A stretch of DNA of 53,775 nt, filler included, from Sphacelaria rigidula (Eukaryota): NCBI GenBank assembly GCA_964200075.2. It is 4 parts of 4 records of this genome, joined end to end, with 100 filler letters (N's around TTAATTAATTAA, not from the genome) between each part and the next. Parts side by side here need not be neighbours in the genome. Positions count along the whole stretch, not along the records: positions 1 to 13,370 come from CAXNAA020002932.1; 3 more parts are not named here. One strand, given 5' to 3'. The notes beneath the pieces were generated by a model. It saw only the letters and a program-made list of their open reading frames with translations. It was not told where the DNA came from and searched no databases. The position numbers and the translations under genes are program-made. Below are positions 1 to 12,439 of the stretch, one piece after another. How positions within the stretch are numbered: the first letter of the stretch is position 1; every line of letters starts with the position of its first letter.

Positions 1-80
1 CGGTGCTCCGTCTCGAAAGGGATGCGTGGTCGATGGTCATACGACTAAGGCAAGCAACAAATGAGTACGCCCCCCTCCCC
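1..80 (+). mobile_element. 3' end of C-tailed LINE-like element (family A)
   Basis: ...aaggcaagcaacaaatgagtacgcccccctcccc; homologous to 15040-15275, 6637-6860, 13471-13530 and 39980-40210. Confidence 0.75.
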
Positions 81-715
81 GCGGGCGCTCGCCTGATTTT
101 GCCCGCTTCTTCACTCCTCTCCCATCTCTGAGGAATTACCATAGACGACACAGGAGTTTGGATTGAGTTGGTTGACTCTTTGACATGCGTGTAATATTCC
201 ATCATGAACCCCCGACAGTTCCAGTTTCCATCTCTGCAAAGTAGGAAGAATAGACCATGGTTGCATTTTTTAAAAATCGTGTTCGCGTTTTGAGATTATG
301 CACCACAGGTCACTACAGAGCCGTAAATGGACGTGTGCGTTTGCCTTTTTGTGTTGATTCACTCTAGCAATTTTCTCGAGCATTGATTGATTGATTGATT
401 GTCGCACATAAACTTACCCTCCTGGAATCCAGCCATGGTCGCATGATAGTGTTGTCGTCCCATTTACATGATGGTATGTTCGAGCTAAACACGAACTTCT
501 GTTCTTTTGTATTTGTGTCGGCATATACGCGGCGTCTCCATCTTGTCCTAACGTTGTCGCATGTTCCATTATCTCTCGCCCTGTCCGGTATTTTATATTT
601 CTGTACGCAGTCCTAGCTGCATCTTACACCCCTATTCCATGTGCCGCCACTTGCCTTGCACGCTGTAGCGCACTCTCTTCCCTCTAACGTGTTTCTTACG
701 TCTTACCCTTTTCAG

Positions 716-868
716 AATGGCGTTTCTATGGGGCAGCTGGCGGGCACCATTCATCCCTACCCTACAGCCGCCGAGTGCATCCGGCAGGCCGCGAACATGT
801 TCGTTAAGACCTACCGCACTCCGGCGGTGAACAAAGCTCTCGAGATGATCATGGAGGAACAGTCTTGA
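716..868 (+). CDS. Terminal exon of a pyridine nucleotide-disulfide oxidoreductase (mercuric reductase-like / dihydrolipoamide dehydrogenase family, dimerisation domain)
   Basis: Polypyrimidine tract plus ttcag acceptor ending at 715. Reads NGVSMGQLAGTIHPYPTAAECIRQAANMF...EEQS*, containing the IHPYPTxAE interface motif. Upstream exons are outside the contig. Confidence 0.85.
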   Translation, partial: NGVSMGQLAGTIHPYPTAAECIRQAANMFVKTYRTPAVNKALEMIMEEQS

Positions 869-1550
869 GAGGCCACGAAGCTCCGCGTTCTCGATAATGG
901 TTGACGATGGGCAGTCTTGGAATTTTCCCTGTGCCCTCCCACGTCAGCATCGCCCTGTGTCTAGTTTGTTCACCTGTAGTTTAATGGGATTCACGTTATG
1001 TGTGTATATGTTGTGAGATGTGGGATGCGCACTTTTTATAAGAGCAAAAGTGCGGAAATCAGTGCCGGTCACGAAAGCCCTTTTTTTCGTTGTACTGCGC
1101 CAGCTTTTGGTTGACGTGAGGGGGGTGGGTCGTAGGGGTGCAACAGCGAACACAATGCCGCCGTTTTTCAGCTTTACTGGTTGTTGATGCCGGTATTCGC
1201 TGTTGCTTTAGACTAGATTGGTGGTTGGTTGAAGATATTTGGAGAATGGCGATTGGTCACTGACATACGTTGTAAAAACACAAATGAAACGAGTGCTGGG
1301 ACTGGTGTGAGCTCGCTGGCCACGACGTCACTTTTCGAAGAAATATGATGTGCCGCTCTTCCGTGCCCAAAAACCGTGTGCTGTAGGCGAGAAGCCCCTG
1401 TCTGTTCGCGAGCAAGACGGTCGCTTTCGCCCCGGAGGTTTGACTGGCACATCTTCCAACGGGCAAGGGCGGGGTATGGGGTTCGACTCCCAGTAGATAC
1501 AACTTTGCACGGCGTTTTCATCCGGAATTTGTTTAATTCATCATCTTTCC

Positions 1551-1905
1551 GGTCGCCCCGGTGGCTCAGTTGGTAATTTCGAAACCTGCTGACGGCTGTC
1601 TCGCGTGTTCGAATCTCGGAGCGATCTGGGATTTTTTCTCACACAGTGCCCAACAGTGAAGAGTAACCATATCGTGGGTACACAAAATTCTACTCAACGG
1701 TTGACGAGGGAAATGGACTGCTGAACCCTCGCGATGACAAATAAAGGCAAGCAACGCAGAAGGATGGTGGATAATTAAAAACAAACAGAAGGGGAAAACT
1801 CCTGTGTTGCCCTTCCTCCTGTGACCCCGGCTGGTGCACCCACATGATACACGGAAAGGTGTAGACTGGCGTGCATAATAAATGGGACAACACATAACAC
1901 AACAC
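1551..1905 (+). mobile_element. tRNA-derived SINE with (CA)-rich tail
   Basis: A-box ggtggctcagttgg, B-box gttcgaatc, and acceptor-like pairing ggtcgc/gcgatc. About 280-nt body ends gggacaacacataacacaacac. Homologous copies at 2914-3277 (-) and 11390-11547 (+). Confidence 0.8.
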
Positions 1906-2197
1906 TTACATTGAAAAAGTGAGGGCGTGACAGGAGAAGAAAAATCGACGAGCTTTACCGCGGTACGGGAGTGCTCGTGGTCATCATGGTGAACGGGCAC
2001 AAAATACACGACTACGGCAAAGGAAAAAAAGAAAAGTCGTTCAAAAGTATTGTAAAATAAAATTCTAAACGCTCCCATGAGAGTTGGCCTTACTACAGGT
2101 ATCTTGCACCATATTTTTTCACAAATGAAAATGTTGGGAACCTCGAGTTTGAGATATCTCTACGAGCTCGGCCAGCATATTTGAGGGGCGAATTTCT

Positions 2198-2830
2198 TAG
2201 GGTTGGGAACTGGACCAGTATCTACTGGCAGTTTTCCTGTACCGGCAGTTTCCCTGTACTGCGTCAGAGGCTGCCAGTACAGGCAGTATATACCCATCTT
2301 ACGCACGTCCTGTGTTATACCTCCTAAACCTCATGGAAACCCATCGAAACTGCGCCGCATGAGAGGCAGGAGAGGAGAGAGGTCGAGAACAGGGTACGAG
2401 GGAGACCACAAAATCGATGGACCAATATGTCGTTAGCGGCAGCAGCCCGCCCGCGTCAGACCCGAGCCCTGGGCCTCAGATCCCTGAACCCTCCGCGGCC
2501 TCCAACGAATCACGATTGTTGAAGTTTTTCTCTGGGTATACTGAACTCTTTGAAGAAGAAACGTTTTCACACCCGGGCAGGCATCATCGAAGTGGCCCCA
2601 AATCACCCCAAATATATTTTCTAGTGAAGCCAAATCGCGTAAAAATACGCCTCCGGCGGGGCGCCTCCGGCAGGCCCCCCTCACCAGCCGGGGGGGCCGG
2701 TGGTCGCGGCGCAGCCGCGACCACGCGCCTTCGCCGCGACACCGCAATGTAATGATAGGACCCAGCAAACTGGCTGCTTTCCGCAGCCAGTTCACCTGGT
2801 ACTGCCGCGTAGCGCCAGTCCCCAACCCTA
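2198..2830. mobile_element. hAT-type MITE
   Basis: TIRs tagggttgggaactgg / ccagtccccaacccta. Imperfect 8-bp TSD gaatttct / gaattatt. Subterminal (a)ctgg/ccag repeats. Confidence 0.75.
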
Positions 2831-2913
2831 GAATTATTGGTAGCTTGCAGGCCCATTCGCCGGCCAATATTCAGCGGTGGACCCAAAAAATGGGTGGACA
2901 AACGAGTAGAGCA

Positions 2914-3277
2914 TGTGTGTGTGTGTGTGTTGTGTGCTGTCGTCCCATCTATCCTGGACGCCGGTATACACCTTTCGGAATGTGTGGGCGCACAAGCCGG
3001 GGCGGGCACACAGGAGGAAGGTTAACACAGAAGGTTATTCTTTTTTATTTGCTCTTAGTGCCCTACCTTCCTTCTGCGGTGCTTGCCTTTTTATTTTTTT
3101 ATCGCTAGAGGGGTTCAGTAGCCCCTTTCCCTCGTCGACCGTTAAGTCGACTTCTTTTATGTACCCACGACATAGTCGCTCTCTACTGTTGGGCATGGTG
3201 TGACAAAATATCCCAGATCGCTCCGAGAATTGAACCCACGACCCAACCGTCAGAAGAAAGCTTCGAGGTTAACAACT
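2914..3277 (-). mobile_element. tRNA-derived SINE, second copy (5' end clipped)
   Basis: Reverse-complement match to 1568-1905, including the B-box region and a (CA)n tail that reads (TG)n on +. Confidence 0.8.
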
Positions 3278-6200
3278 ATCCAGATTTAGGGCATCTAGTG
3301 CCTCTGTTCGTAATATATTGATTTTGGTAATGGAACTTATGTGCGCCATATCTCGAGATAGATAAAGAATTAAGTGAAGGCGAGATTATCTGTCGTCTTT
3401 CCGTGCTCCGGAGAATGTCCACACCAAAAATCGTTCTCATCCGATGAATGTATCGTTCGGGATTTCATAGAGATTTTATTACCGATGATGCTATCTCCGT
3501 ACGGTATAGGAATGACTGGAAATAAATGGGGGTTGAATCAACGAGAAAATATTGGCCCAGACTTTTGTGCAGATGGGTACCTTCTCCTCGATTAAACGGT
3601 TAATGTGATATGCGGACCACGACCCAACTCGTCTGTGTCGATGAGATAGTGTTTTGAGAGCTTAAACCCGTTTCTAGGATGACCCAGCTGATCTTATTGT
3701 TATACGAACGGTCTACCGGTAAACGGGTCTGAACAGCATCGGCACAGGCTACGACATCAAGCGTCGACGGGTCTCATAGATGAGGGATGCAAGTACCCCA
3801 TTGACGGTGACCACATCGCAGGTAGCGATACCTAAGGTGTCGTTTGAGGAATGATGGAGAAGCGAAGAACATGGCTGTCGATATTATCTCATTCATCTGC
3901 TAGATTTCTGCAGCTGGTGATGTTCATGATGCTCTTCCAGCATGCGGTATGCCTCCAGTCTGCCTTATCGCCAGCTACAACCGGATCTGCACTCGACGGT
4001 AGGCTTCTTGCTTTTGTTTCTCATTGTATGGTATGCCGTAGTAATGATATCTGAAGTGTCTGCAATACAATAGCTATATGAACCAGCTTACGCAGTCACG
4101 CGGTCAGGGCGACATGACTATCCGATGATGCTTTTTCGACCGTGACAGTCGATCTTGTCATGCAATCTTGACGCCAAAATCCGAAAATACTTTTCGGAAC
4201 AGAATCTGACCTGTTATCGCCCCGCGTGCTGCTGCAACGCTCAGCCGAGATTAAGCGATATGGGCTTGTTAGCTGTGCTTCACATGGCATGTGGCCGCAG
4301 TTCTAGCGCATTACAGCGCCGACAACGCACGTACGGTTATATCTCCCCAACTGAGCACCTCTACGCACGATGTGTGACAGAGTTTTGTACGGATTGTCAG
4401 TATCCAGTGGGTGTCAGTACTCGTACAGATTGATGTTTTTTTGCCGGCGCCGTAGCCGCCCAGCTGCTCATGAAGTGTAAGTTAGTGCACCAGTATGTTA
4501 AGACATGCATGAAGGCTTGGCGCACGGATTTGGGTCCGTGGGAAAGCCGTCTTATTGAAGGCGTATTGCCCATACTGCCAACAATCTGTGGTCGCTGTGC
4601 CATTTCGTGCGCGTTGGCGAAGCGTGGCTTTGATTGGCGCACATGCTAGCCGTCTACTGTTCAACTGGTGTGCCAATTTCACGGTTGGTTACTAACCCGC
4701 AGCGAAGAACTCCACAACCGAAGTTGCTGCAAAAATGAGGAAAGTGGTACTCGTAGTGGTCGACCATCAGAAGATACGGCAGGAACGGTTACGCCGCATA
4801 TCCCGCGTGCGGGAACATTTTGACGTCATATCTTCACCTCTCCGGCTCCTGGTCATCGATGGGAACGAGAAGTGCATAGCGACCAGCAAGCGCTTTTCGG
4901 GACAGGATGCGGTGGATAGTCCTCCAGTACACACATTTAATTGTATCGACAACAAGGATTATAGCAAGCAAACAGGGTTATCGTGCAGCTGCGTATGGCA
5001 CGCGAGCGAGTGTGGGTGTGGTCGAACTTTGTCCTGCTTTTGTTGCCGCCAGGATGTAAGGGCTAACGGGAGCAAATTTTCCTCACGTATCGCGATTTTG
5101 CGGGCATTTCACACTCTTCGCTCGGACGTCTGTCGGACTTGAAAGGAAAGGGAGCGCCTCCATGGTTCCCCGAAGACGAATCTCTGTGTAACTCCAAACA
5201 GTCAAGACAGCTGCCCCCTGTGTAACCCCACGCGCTCACCAGCGATGGGGACATGCCAAACAGCAGGAGCTCTCCCAAAGCAATGAACAATGTTAATCTT
5301 GATACCTACGGCCCAAAGTGATCTTTTTGTGTTCGAGCGTGCTCCGCGGCGCCGAAGGATCGCTGCAGAACAAAATTTCGAAGAGGTCGCGAGCGCCGAC
5401 GCAGCCAACGGACGTGAAATATCCACGGGAGAGGCATTTCAGACCAGTGTTGCTCACCAGCGATACGATGTCGACCATCATTCAAACTCTGCCGTGTTGC
5501 CGTCGTAATGCCTTCCGCGGCTGAATTATTTCGCGACGTGCATTGTGCCCTGCGAGAACGCTGTGAAGCCTACGCTCATTTGCTTTAGGGGCGGGGTGCG
5601 ATTACTACAAGAGTTGCCACGGGGAACTGACGGACTTTCCGACCATCGCATGAAATCCCACCCTTTAATGGCCTAATTCACGGCATCGCGGGCGCCCTCC
5701 TGCAAATATTCTTCAGGAAACAGGAATCGTCCAGGAAATACTCCACAGTGCCGGCGTGTATTCCCCTTTATTGCGAAAAAGGCAATACGCCCACTATCAG
5801 TTGAGTAAATTCTCGCGTTATTCTCGAAACTCCGGAGCCGTTTCCACATCACCCCTCAAACCTTTCGCACACACCTCCCGTGTTGGAATGACACGGCAAA
5901 GCATCATGAAGTCTCGCCAACACCATAAACAAACCTTCGGCGTCGCCTGACAGCCGTCACTTCTCGGACACGTTGAAAAAAAGCATCCGACAGGAAAGCA
6001 CGCCCGCAACAGCATCAACCAACGGCGCTGCCACAAGGACAACGAGAGTTTTGTGGCAGAACAGAATTTATGGCATGAGCCACAATCCACAATTTTATCA
6101 AGTGACATAACTCCTAGTGACCCCATATTCCTGCGTCATGCTAAGCGTTACCGGTAAAATTCTTCGCCCTCTGCCTCGCGATCTTCAGCGAGCACCTGGT

Positions 6201-6636
6201 ACCCAACGTCGTACGCGCGGTGAACGCGGGTGGTACAGGCGGAGGACCGAGTGAGAGTGGGTGTGAGTCGTGCTTTTCGTGTCTGATCGGGTAAGACCTT
6301 AGGACAGTACGGCGAACGGGAGGGCATCGCCACGGCGAGAGCTGTACTCGCTCGACTCCGCCTTTTGCCGCTCAAAGGCGCGTGTATTAGGGGGTTAAGA
6401 TTCCTACGCGTTTTCATCCTCAGTGTGTGGGGATTGCTCACCAGTGGGGTGCCGCGGCGTGTGTGCTCCATATCTTCGGTCCGTGCAACACCATGCACCA
6501 AGAGTGCAAACGAAAAAAAGATCGCCAGAGATGACGTGAGAATTCGGTGACGCCGCGCTGCCGGCGATCCCCAGGGAGAGGGATAAGTAGTGATCGGGCG
6601 CTTGTGGTCGAAAAAGTCACCATCGTCAACTGATTG

Positions 6637-6860
6637 GGCGGGGGGGCGTACTCATTTGTTGCTTGCCTTAGTTGTTTGACCATTGACCACGAATCCCTTT
6701 AGAGAGGGAGCACCATTCCTACTCCTATTAGAGACACCTCCAACATGTGGGCGCCCCTTACGTTTCTTCCATACATCACACATAAACCCTTCATGTATCT
6801 TATCCCCGTCCTGCTTCGCCATCTGTGGCCACCATCTATCTCTACAGTCATCGTTTCCTC
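6637..6860 (-). mobile_element. 5'-truncated C-tailed LINE-like element (family A)
   Basis: About 220 nt homologous to 15040-15275. Ends atgagtacgccccccc on the minus strand. Confidence 0.75.
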
Positions 6861-7099
6861 CCTAACTCTCGCGGAAATGAGTACGCCCCCCCCTAACTCT
6901 GGCGGGGCGGGGGGGGGGGCTGGGCGTGCGCGCGCGCGGGGGGATGTACTCATGATCTTGCATCCCATAGTCGTGTAATTATTTACATTACATCCCTGCG
7001 AAGCCGGGACGGAGCGCGCCGGGTTTTCGCCGGATCAGGCCCGGGGGGGGAAGGGGGGGGACCTTGGGTGTACTGCTTCCTATGGACATACGACGGTGC

Positions 7100-9150
7100 A
7101 GGATTGGGAAGAAGCGGAACGACTATTACCAGGTGGAGCTCCCGTGTTTTCCGTGTGGCAGGCCTGTATATTCTGGGTATGGCCTGTCCCACGTCGCAGC
7201 CGTTCGACCCACGCCACCTTCGACTTGAGCGTTAGCGGGGCCGACAGTCGCAAGCGCATCTTCGCGTGCGACACGATGAAGCCGGAAGATTGGAAGAACC
7301 AACTGCGTTGAAGGTCAACGTTACAAGCGCCCGCAGGGAATAAATGCGTGTCCTGCGTGACCACATACAGCGCCAATTAACGCGTTGGAGGGGGCAACTC
7401 ATGCCGAAAACCGTAATTGAGATATACTAGGGCGTGGGCCAGGCCGAAAACGCTCATTCCTCCGGCACACGACAAATTTTGCGCTTGCCCGAATGAACCC
7501 GAGGTAGCCATGTCGATGTAAACTGCAGAGCAAGCAGCTGATGCACACTCGGGCGCCAATTTTTTAAGACCAAATTAACATGAACTGGATCGTATATCAT
7601 TGATACGACGGAGCAAGATACGCCTTAAAAGAACCATATGCCGGGCGTTCGAGGTCGTGACCTCCCGCTGTCATAGAATCCTCTTATGCCGGTTGGACCA
7701 CGGGGTGCCACGGCGCCGCACAACGAGTTGAACGCCCTGTCCAATTTGTGCACTTTTCATGCAACATTTGTTTTTGAAGTCCTGCACAAAGCATAAGCCT
7801 TCTTCACGGAGTAGGCCGCAGTTTTTCTTCTGGCGCGATATTGGTGTTCAGAATTTTTCAATCGCTCGAATTCTTTGGTGGTTTTGTTTGACCTTCCCTG
7901 CTTGCTCTACTTCATGTCTTGATCATTTTGACGTCATGTCAAAGTATCAGCTTTTTGACTCCCTCGCCTACGCAGGGCCTTACGCAGGGCAGAGGCAGTC
8001 AACCCCGAGCAGCAATCTTTCTCTGGCCGACCTCGTGATGCAACAAGTCGGGGCATCTGTACCGAAAGAAACCCCGACCACCAGCATAGTCGCCGCCAAG
8101 ACGCAGGCGCTGCTAACGGGGAACAAAGATGTATCAATAACGACGGGGATGTAAACCTACACGCGCGTGCAACATATCGCGGGTGTTACAAATGCTCGCC
8201 ATCTAGTGTTCCGAAAGTCATCATCTACGCACGATAGCAAACCCGCTCACCATTTCCGTGGATGACTTGTGCGCAAGCACTACAATCCGTCATCCCCCAC
8301 CCACCCCTTCATGCTCACGTGCAGTCTATAACAACACTCATCTCGGGACGACCTGCGCTTCATCACGCAAGGATAACGCGTTCCAGATTGTGGCCTACCG
8401 CGTCTCCGCCGCTGTCTCGGCTGTAGTCAGAACATGTGTCCGATGACGGGCTATCGTCAGCCTCCGAATAGAGCGCCAATGGAGCGCCACTTCTGTTACC
8501 GCCGGAGTCATGTTGCCCTCCTACGTTTGCCCCTCAGGCGACAGTGCCTGATCCATAATGTGCACCGGTGCTGGGGTCGCACCGCCTCCTGCACCCGCAT
8601 AGAATGGGATCACAAGCTTAACTAACTTTGCGCACGTGCAATAGCGTCGGCACTTGTGCTTCACCGCCGCCGAAGGGCCACATCCACACAGAAGTGACTT
8701 GATCTTGCCCGTGGTGTCCATGTATGCATACTTGGATAAGTTGAGGTTTCATCGTCGTTCGTCACGGCGTCACCTGCCTTGCCCGATGTCGTATTCCACC
8801 CGCGATTCTCGAAGTCCACAGCGGGCATGGAATCCACCATCTCCCCTATCCAGTACTCCAACACAGCAGCTGCTCGCTTCGCAGTGACGCACCTGCGGGA
8901 AAGCAGCGCAGTGACCAGTCAAGCCGCAGTATTGTGATCGATTGCTGCTCTCACGTTGACAACTCCGCGGCGAACGCAGTCGTGGTTGCAACACCGTGTA
9001 CCGCTGACGCCGTCTACCACCCCATGGATCGGTCGGTAACAGGATCAAATGTGGCGATCCTACACACATTGCGGTCATACATCTGCGGGCAAAGCAATGC
9101 GTGAACTGGCGCAGACATACAGCTAAATGGGTGATCCGCGGCATGTGTGT
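7100..9150 (-). mobile_element. Degenerate non-LTR retrotransposon remnant (CRE/R2-like RT plus restriction-like endonuclease)
   Basis: Frameshifted fragments resemble the RT 'QGDP' region (..TDPWGG..YTVLQPRL, near 9020), an 'RH..I' motif (near 7690) and an RLE C-terminus (AGHAFIP.., ..WVERL.., 7200-7360). No intact ORF. Confidence 0.4.
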
Positions 9151-10017
9151 ACCGAACAGGGCAGCACCCCTACACGGTGCTGCGCGCGATGCGTTGCACC
9201 GAGGAAGGAGATGTATATTTTGTGTGCGGAATCTCCGTGTCTGTCGGTCATCCACCGTGCGATGAAATTTTGAACAATCAGCGCAGCGCACGGCAGAGTA
9301 TGCAAAAGCCCACACCAGTACACGATATGGTACGGTGCGGGACAGTACAGTACAGTACAGTACATTTTAGTACAGGACAGTACATCACTGTGCCAAGCAC
9401 CACAGTCAATTATACCGCAGTTTATGGCGACAGTTTTCAAATTTCAAACTGGCCAACTGTGCCACCATGCATGCTTGCATGCATGGAGAGAATCGTGACG
9501 CTTTTTCGCGCGCGGAAAGCAATTGAGACGATTCTTTTCAGGTGGACTCTACACATTAAAGACTATCCCCTGCGCTTCGTCGGGGCTACGGCTGTCCAGC
9601 TTGGCCGCCACCAGTCGGCGTACCATTGCGCTCGCAAGGCATCCATACAGAGCAACAGGGTTCATACCACCCAACAACGCCGGCAAGTGTCGTCTTTGCA
9701 GCCAGAAATTAGCACCCACGGTCCCGCCTTGAGTAAAGCTCGCCAGCGATACCGCTTGTTGGGCTCGTACAGCTTCGTCAGGGGCACGCCTCTCGTGTGA
9801 ACCTATATGTACTCTACGGCAGATTTGAGCTCAAACCGTATACAGTGACTTTTGTACGCGGCCAAGCATGACCTATCCTTGTTTGTTTTTGCCCAAGACT
9901 GCATGCGCGAAGCACACGGGGCAATGCACCGACGACGTGCGGTGGTGTTGTATTAACATGTGGTACTTTTTATACAAGCGTGGTTATGCCGGGACAGCTG
10001 TAATTTGAAATTTCCCC

Positions 10018-10117
10018 CACTCTCGACAAAATATGGTCAATACATCTAACAGGCCTTTAGTTCACCCAGTACATTTTTTCGTCTGTCGCATCTAGTGACC
10101 ATGTTGTCCAGGGAGTG
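10018..10117. mobile_element. Small palindromic CAC...GTG MITE (degenerate copy)
   Basis: Ends cactctcgacaa / ttgtccagggagtg; similar to 31650-31793 and 37740-37911. Confidence 0.5.
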
Positions 10118-11389
10118 AAATCCTCATCTTTTTGAAACGGGTTGCAAACGGAGATAAGGTGCCCACAACGACCACTTTAAGGGGCTGACCCTAGTGGCAG
10201 GTGATATGGATGTAAAATGTCAGGGTAAGCCCAGTCACCTGGATGTGTGATCATCTGTCCAAATATTTCAGGCTGGTTCACGCTTTCGGCCCAAGATTCA
10301 TCTATCTACTAATGTTCACGCCAGTTCTTGGAGCTATTCAGAGTTTTCCATGTCGACGTGTAGGTAGGAAAAAAGCCGTTCCAGGCACACTGATTTTGGT
10401 TGTTTAAACAAGAAAAATGATGGCGAGAAATTAAGCCCAACATTCCCCGCTTCTCGAATTGAAAAAATCGCAATTAGCACTTAGCTTCTGCAGGTGCTAC
10501 GTATCCGCTCGCTGTCCACGTTACCACTTATGTTCTGTTTTTATTGCTGTTTCTTTCTTTATTGCTGTTTCTTTCTTCGTACCGTCCAGGATCGCGCGTC
10601 ATGACGACCCGTGCATTAAGCCAATCCCTGTCCAGGATCGACGACAACCGACGACAAGGCCGCACAAGCTCAACAATCCCAGGCACGCCTATGAACAGTA
10701 GATGTCTGAACAGCTGTGCGAGGATGCGAATGTCGGCGTCTGGCGCGATCGACACGACTGCCAAGTTTTTCTCCACCTCCTCCATCGCGTCTGTCATGCA
10801 AGCGGCTAACAAAGTCCCGCCGGTCACCTACTTCGTGTACCTCATAGCGGCGGGCGTAGGTGAGATTTTAGCTGGGTGTGTGCAGCAGAGCCTCATAGAT
10901 TTCGGGGGCGCCTTGCTGGCAGACCCTCGACGTACACCATTCACACCAGATTTTGCCCTAGGGTCGAAGCTCATGAAGAGTAGAGCGGCGCATGCACCGC
11001 GCCACGTTGACATATGGGGCTTCAGTGGGTTCAGCTCCACACTGCCTTGAGCAAAGCTTTTCGGACGCTCGAGACGCCTACCCCATATGACCGCCGTACG
11101 GTGGTCTAGTCGAGCCTCCGGGTAATCGGGACACGAACCCGTCGGCGAGGTAAGTGTTGGGTGAGGGTTTCTCCTTCCTTCAAGGAAAAGACAAAAAAAA
11201 TATCGCACACATCTGGGGCGATACGTAAAGTGCACCCCAGTTCGTGCGGATTCCCTCCGCAACCCAAGTTTCACAGGAATCGAAGCATGCGGACTCCGGT
11301 TTGGACACCCAGGCGGCGTCCATGGAAAAAAACGAGTGCTTACTTTCACAATCATTCGCAGTGATTTGGGTTTTTATCGATGTCACTAT

Positions 11390-11547
11390 ATATCACCGCA
11401 GAAGGTGGGGTACTAAAAACAAATAAAAAGGAAAAAGATCCTGTGTCGACCTTCCTCCCGTGTGACCCCGGCTGATGCGCCCACACACACCGAAATATGT
11501 AGACCGGCGTTCAGAATGGATGGGACAACAACACACACACACACACT
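11390..11547 (+). mobile_element. 3' half of the tRNA-derived SINE (third copy)
   Basis: cgcagaagg...tcctgtgtcgaccttcctcccgtgtgaccccggctg...gatgggacaacaacacacacac matches 1755-1905. Confidence 0.75.
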
Positions 11548-12145
11548 ATTGCGTGCTGCATTATTCGGTGGTATAGCCCATTGACCCGTGTGTTGTGATT
11601 CAATGTCTTGCGTGCAGGCGTGCCTGTGAGTGAAGATGTGCTGCTGATATTTGTCGGGACCCTGCTTGGCTCTTCGGACTTGACCGTGAGCCACAAAGTG
11701 AAGAGCGTGATATGGTGCTACGCGGGAGTGGTCCTCAGCGATTGTGTGAGTTATGGTGCAGGAAATACCAAAGCTTTTTAATGATACCTTTATAATGAGT
11801 GATGGTGGAATATGGCCCCTGATCATTGGTAACCAAAGCACCGTACTGAAATTAAAAATATAGTACGCGATCACAGTTTTGAAAGAGTGAAACCGCACAA
11901 TCCGATCCGAAGATATGGAGGCCTTGTGAAAACGTACGGAACCGTGTGATTATCTCCACAACAGGTTGCACGCCGTTCTGATCGCTAGCCCTCTATGAGA
12001 GCACGCTGTTCTTATCTTAACCTCCACGTCACCAGCTGCACTTCCAATATTAGTAAGAGCTAAATAACGACCATGGTGTTGATCACTCACGTGCTCCCAC
12101 CGTGCGTTGCCGCTGCAAGCTACTTGTAGACTTTGGAGTGCTTAA

Positions 12146-12243
12146 CCCTTAGACCGCGAGGTTAGTCTTCTGTTGAATCGGCATCAATTTCAAGTGAAGA
12201 AAAGTATGCATAATCCAGAAAGACTAATCTCGCGGTCTAAGAG
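12146..12243. mobile_element. piggyBac-like MITE
   Basis: ttaa|cccttagaccgcg ... cgcggtctaagag|ttga; homologous to the tandem copies at 30544-30751. Confidence 0.65.
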
Positions 12244-12439
12244 TTGATGGCGTTCTGTTAGTGACCAAGTATAGCGCCGCCCGATGGTACCGTTATCAAT
12301 CACAATATTGTTCACACACGACAACACGCCCGATAACTGGAACGTTGAAGATCTCGTCGAAAATTTTCACATGGACTTCCTCTTCGGCTCCATACCCTGA
12401 AACCCCCTGAAACCCCCCCCCCCTCCCCTTCTTGCTCAT

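Larger units (their letters stand above)
2163..3690. mobile_element. Tc1/mariner-like non-autonomous element interrupted by a hAT MITE and a SINE
   Basis: Left end ta|cgagctcggccagc and right end ctaggatgacccagctg. Segments 2840-2900 and 3278-3690 align by eye with the TA-flanked element at 21750-22959. Confidence 0.65.

Noticed and set aside
1440..1495. Isolated B-box-like ggttcgactccc
   Set aside because: No convincing A-box or cloverleaf.
1551..1627. Functional tRNA gene
   Set aside because: The anticodon arm does not fold convincingly, and the sequence continues into a repeated SINE body.
9147..9800. 217-aa + strand ORF
   Set aside because: Contains (CAGTA)n low-complexity sequence, has no recognisable domain, and overlaps TE remnants.
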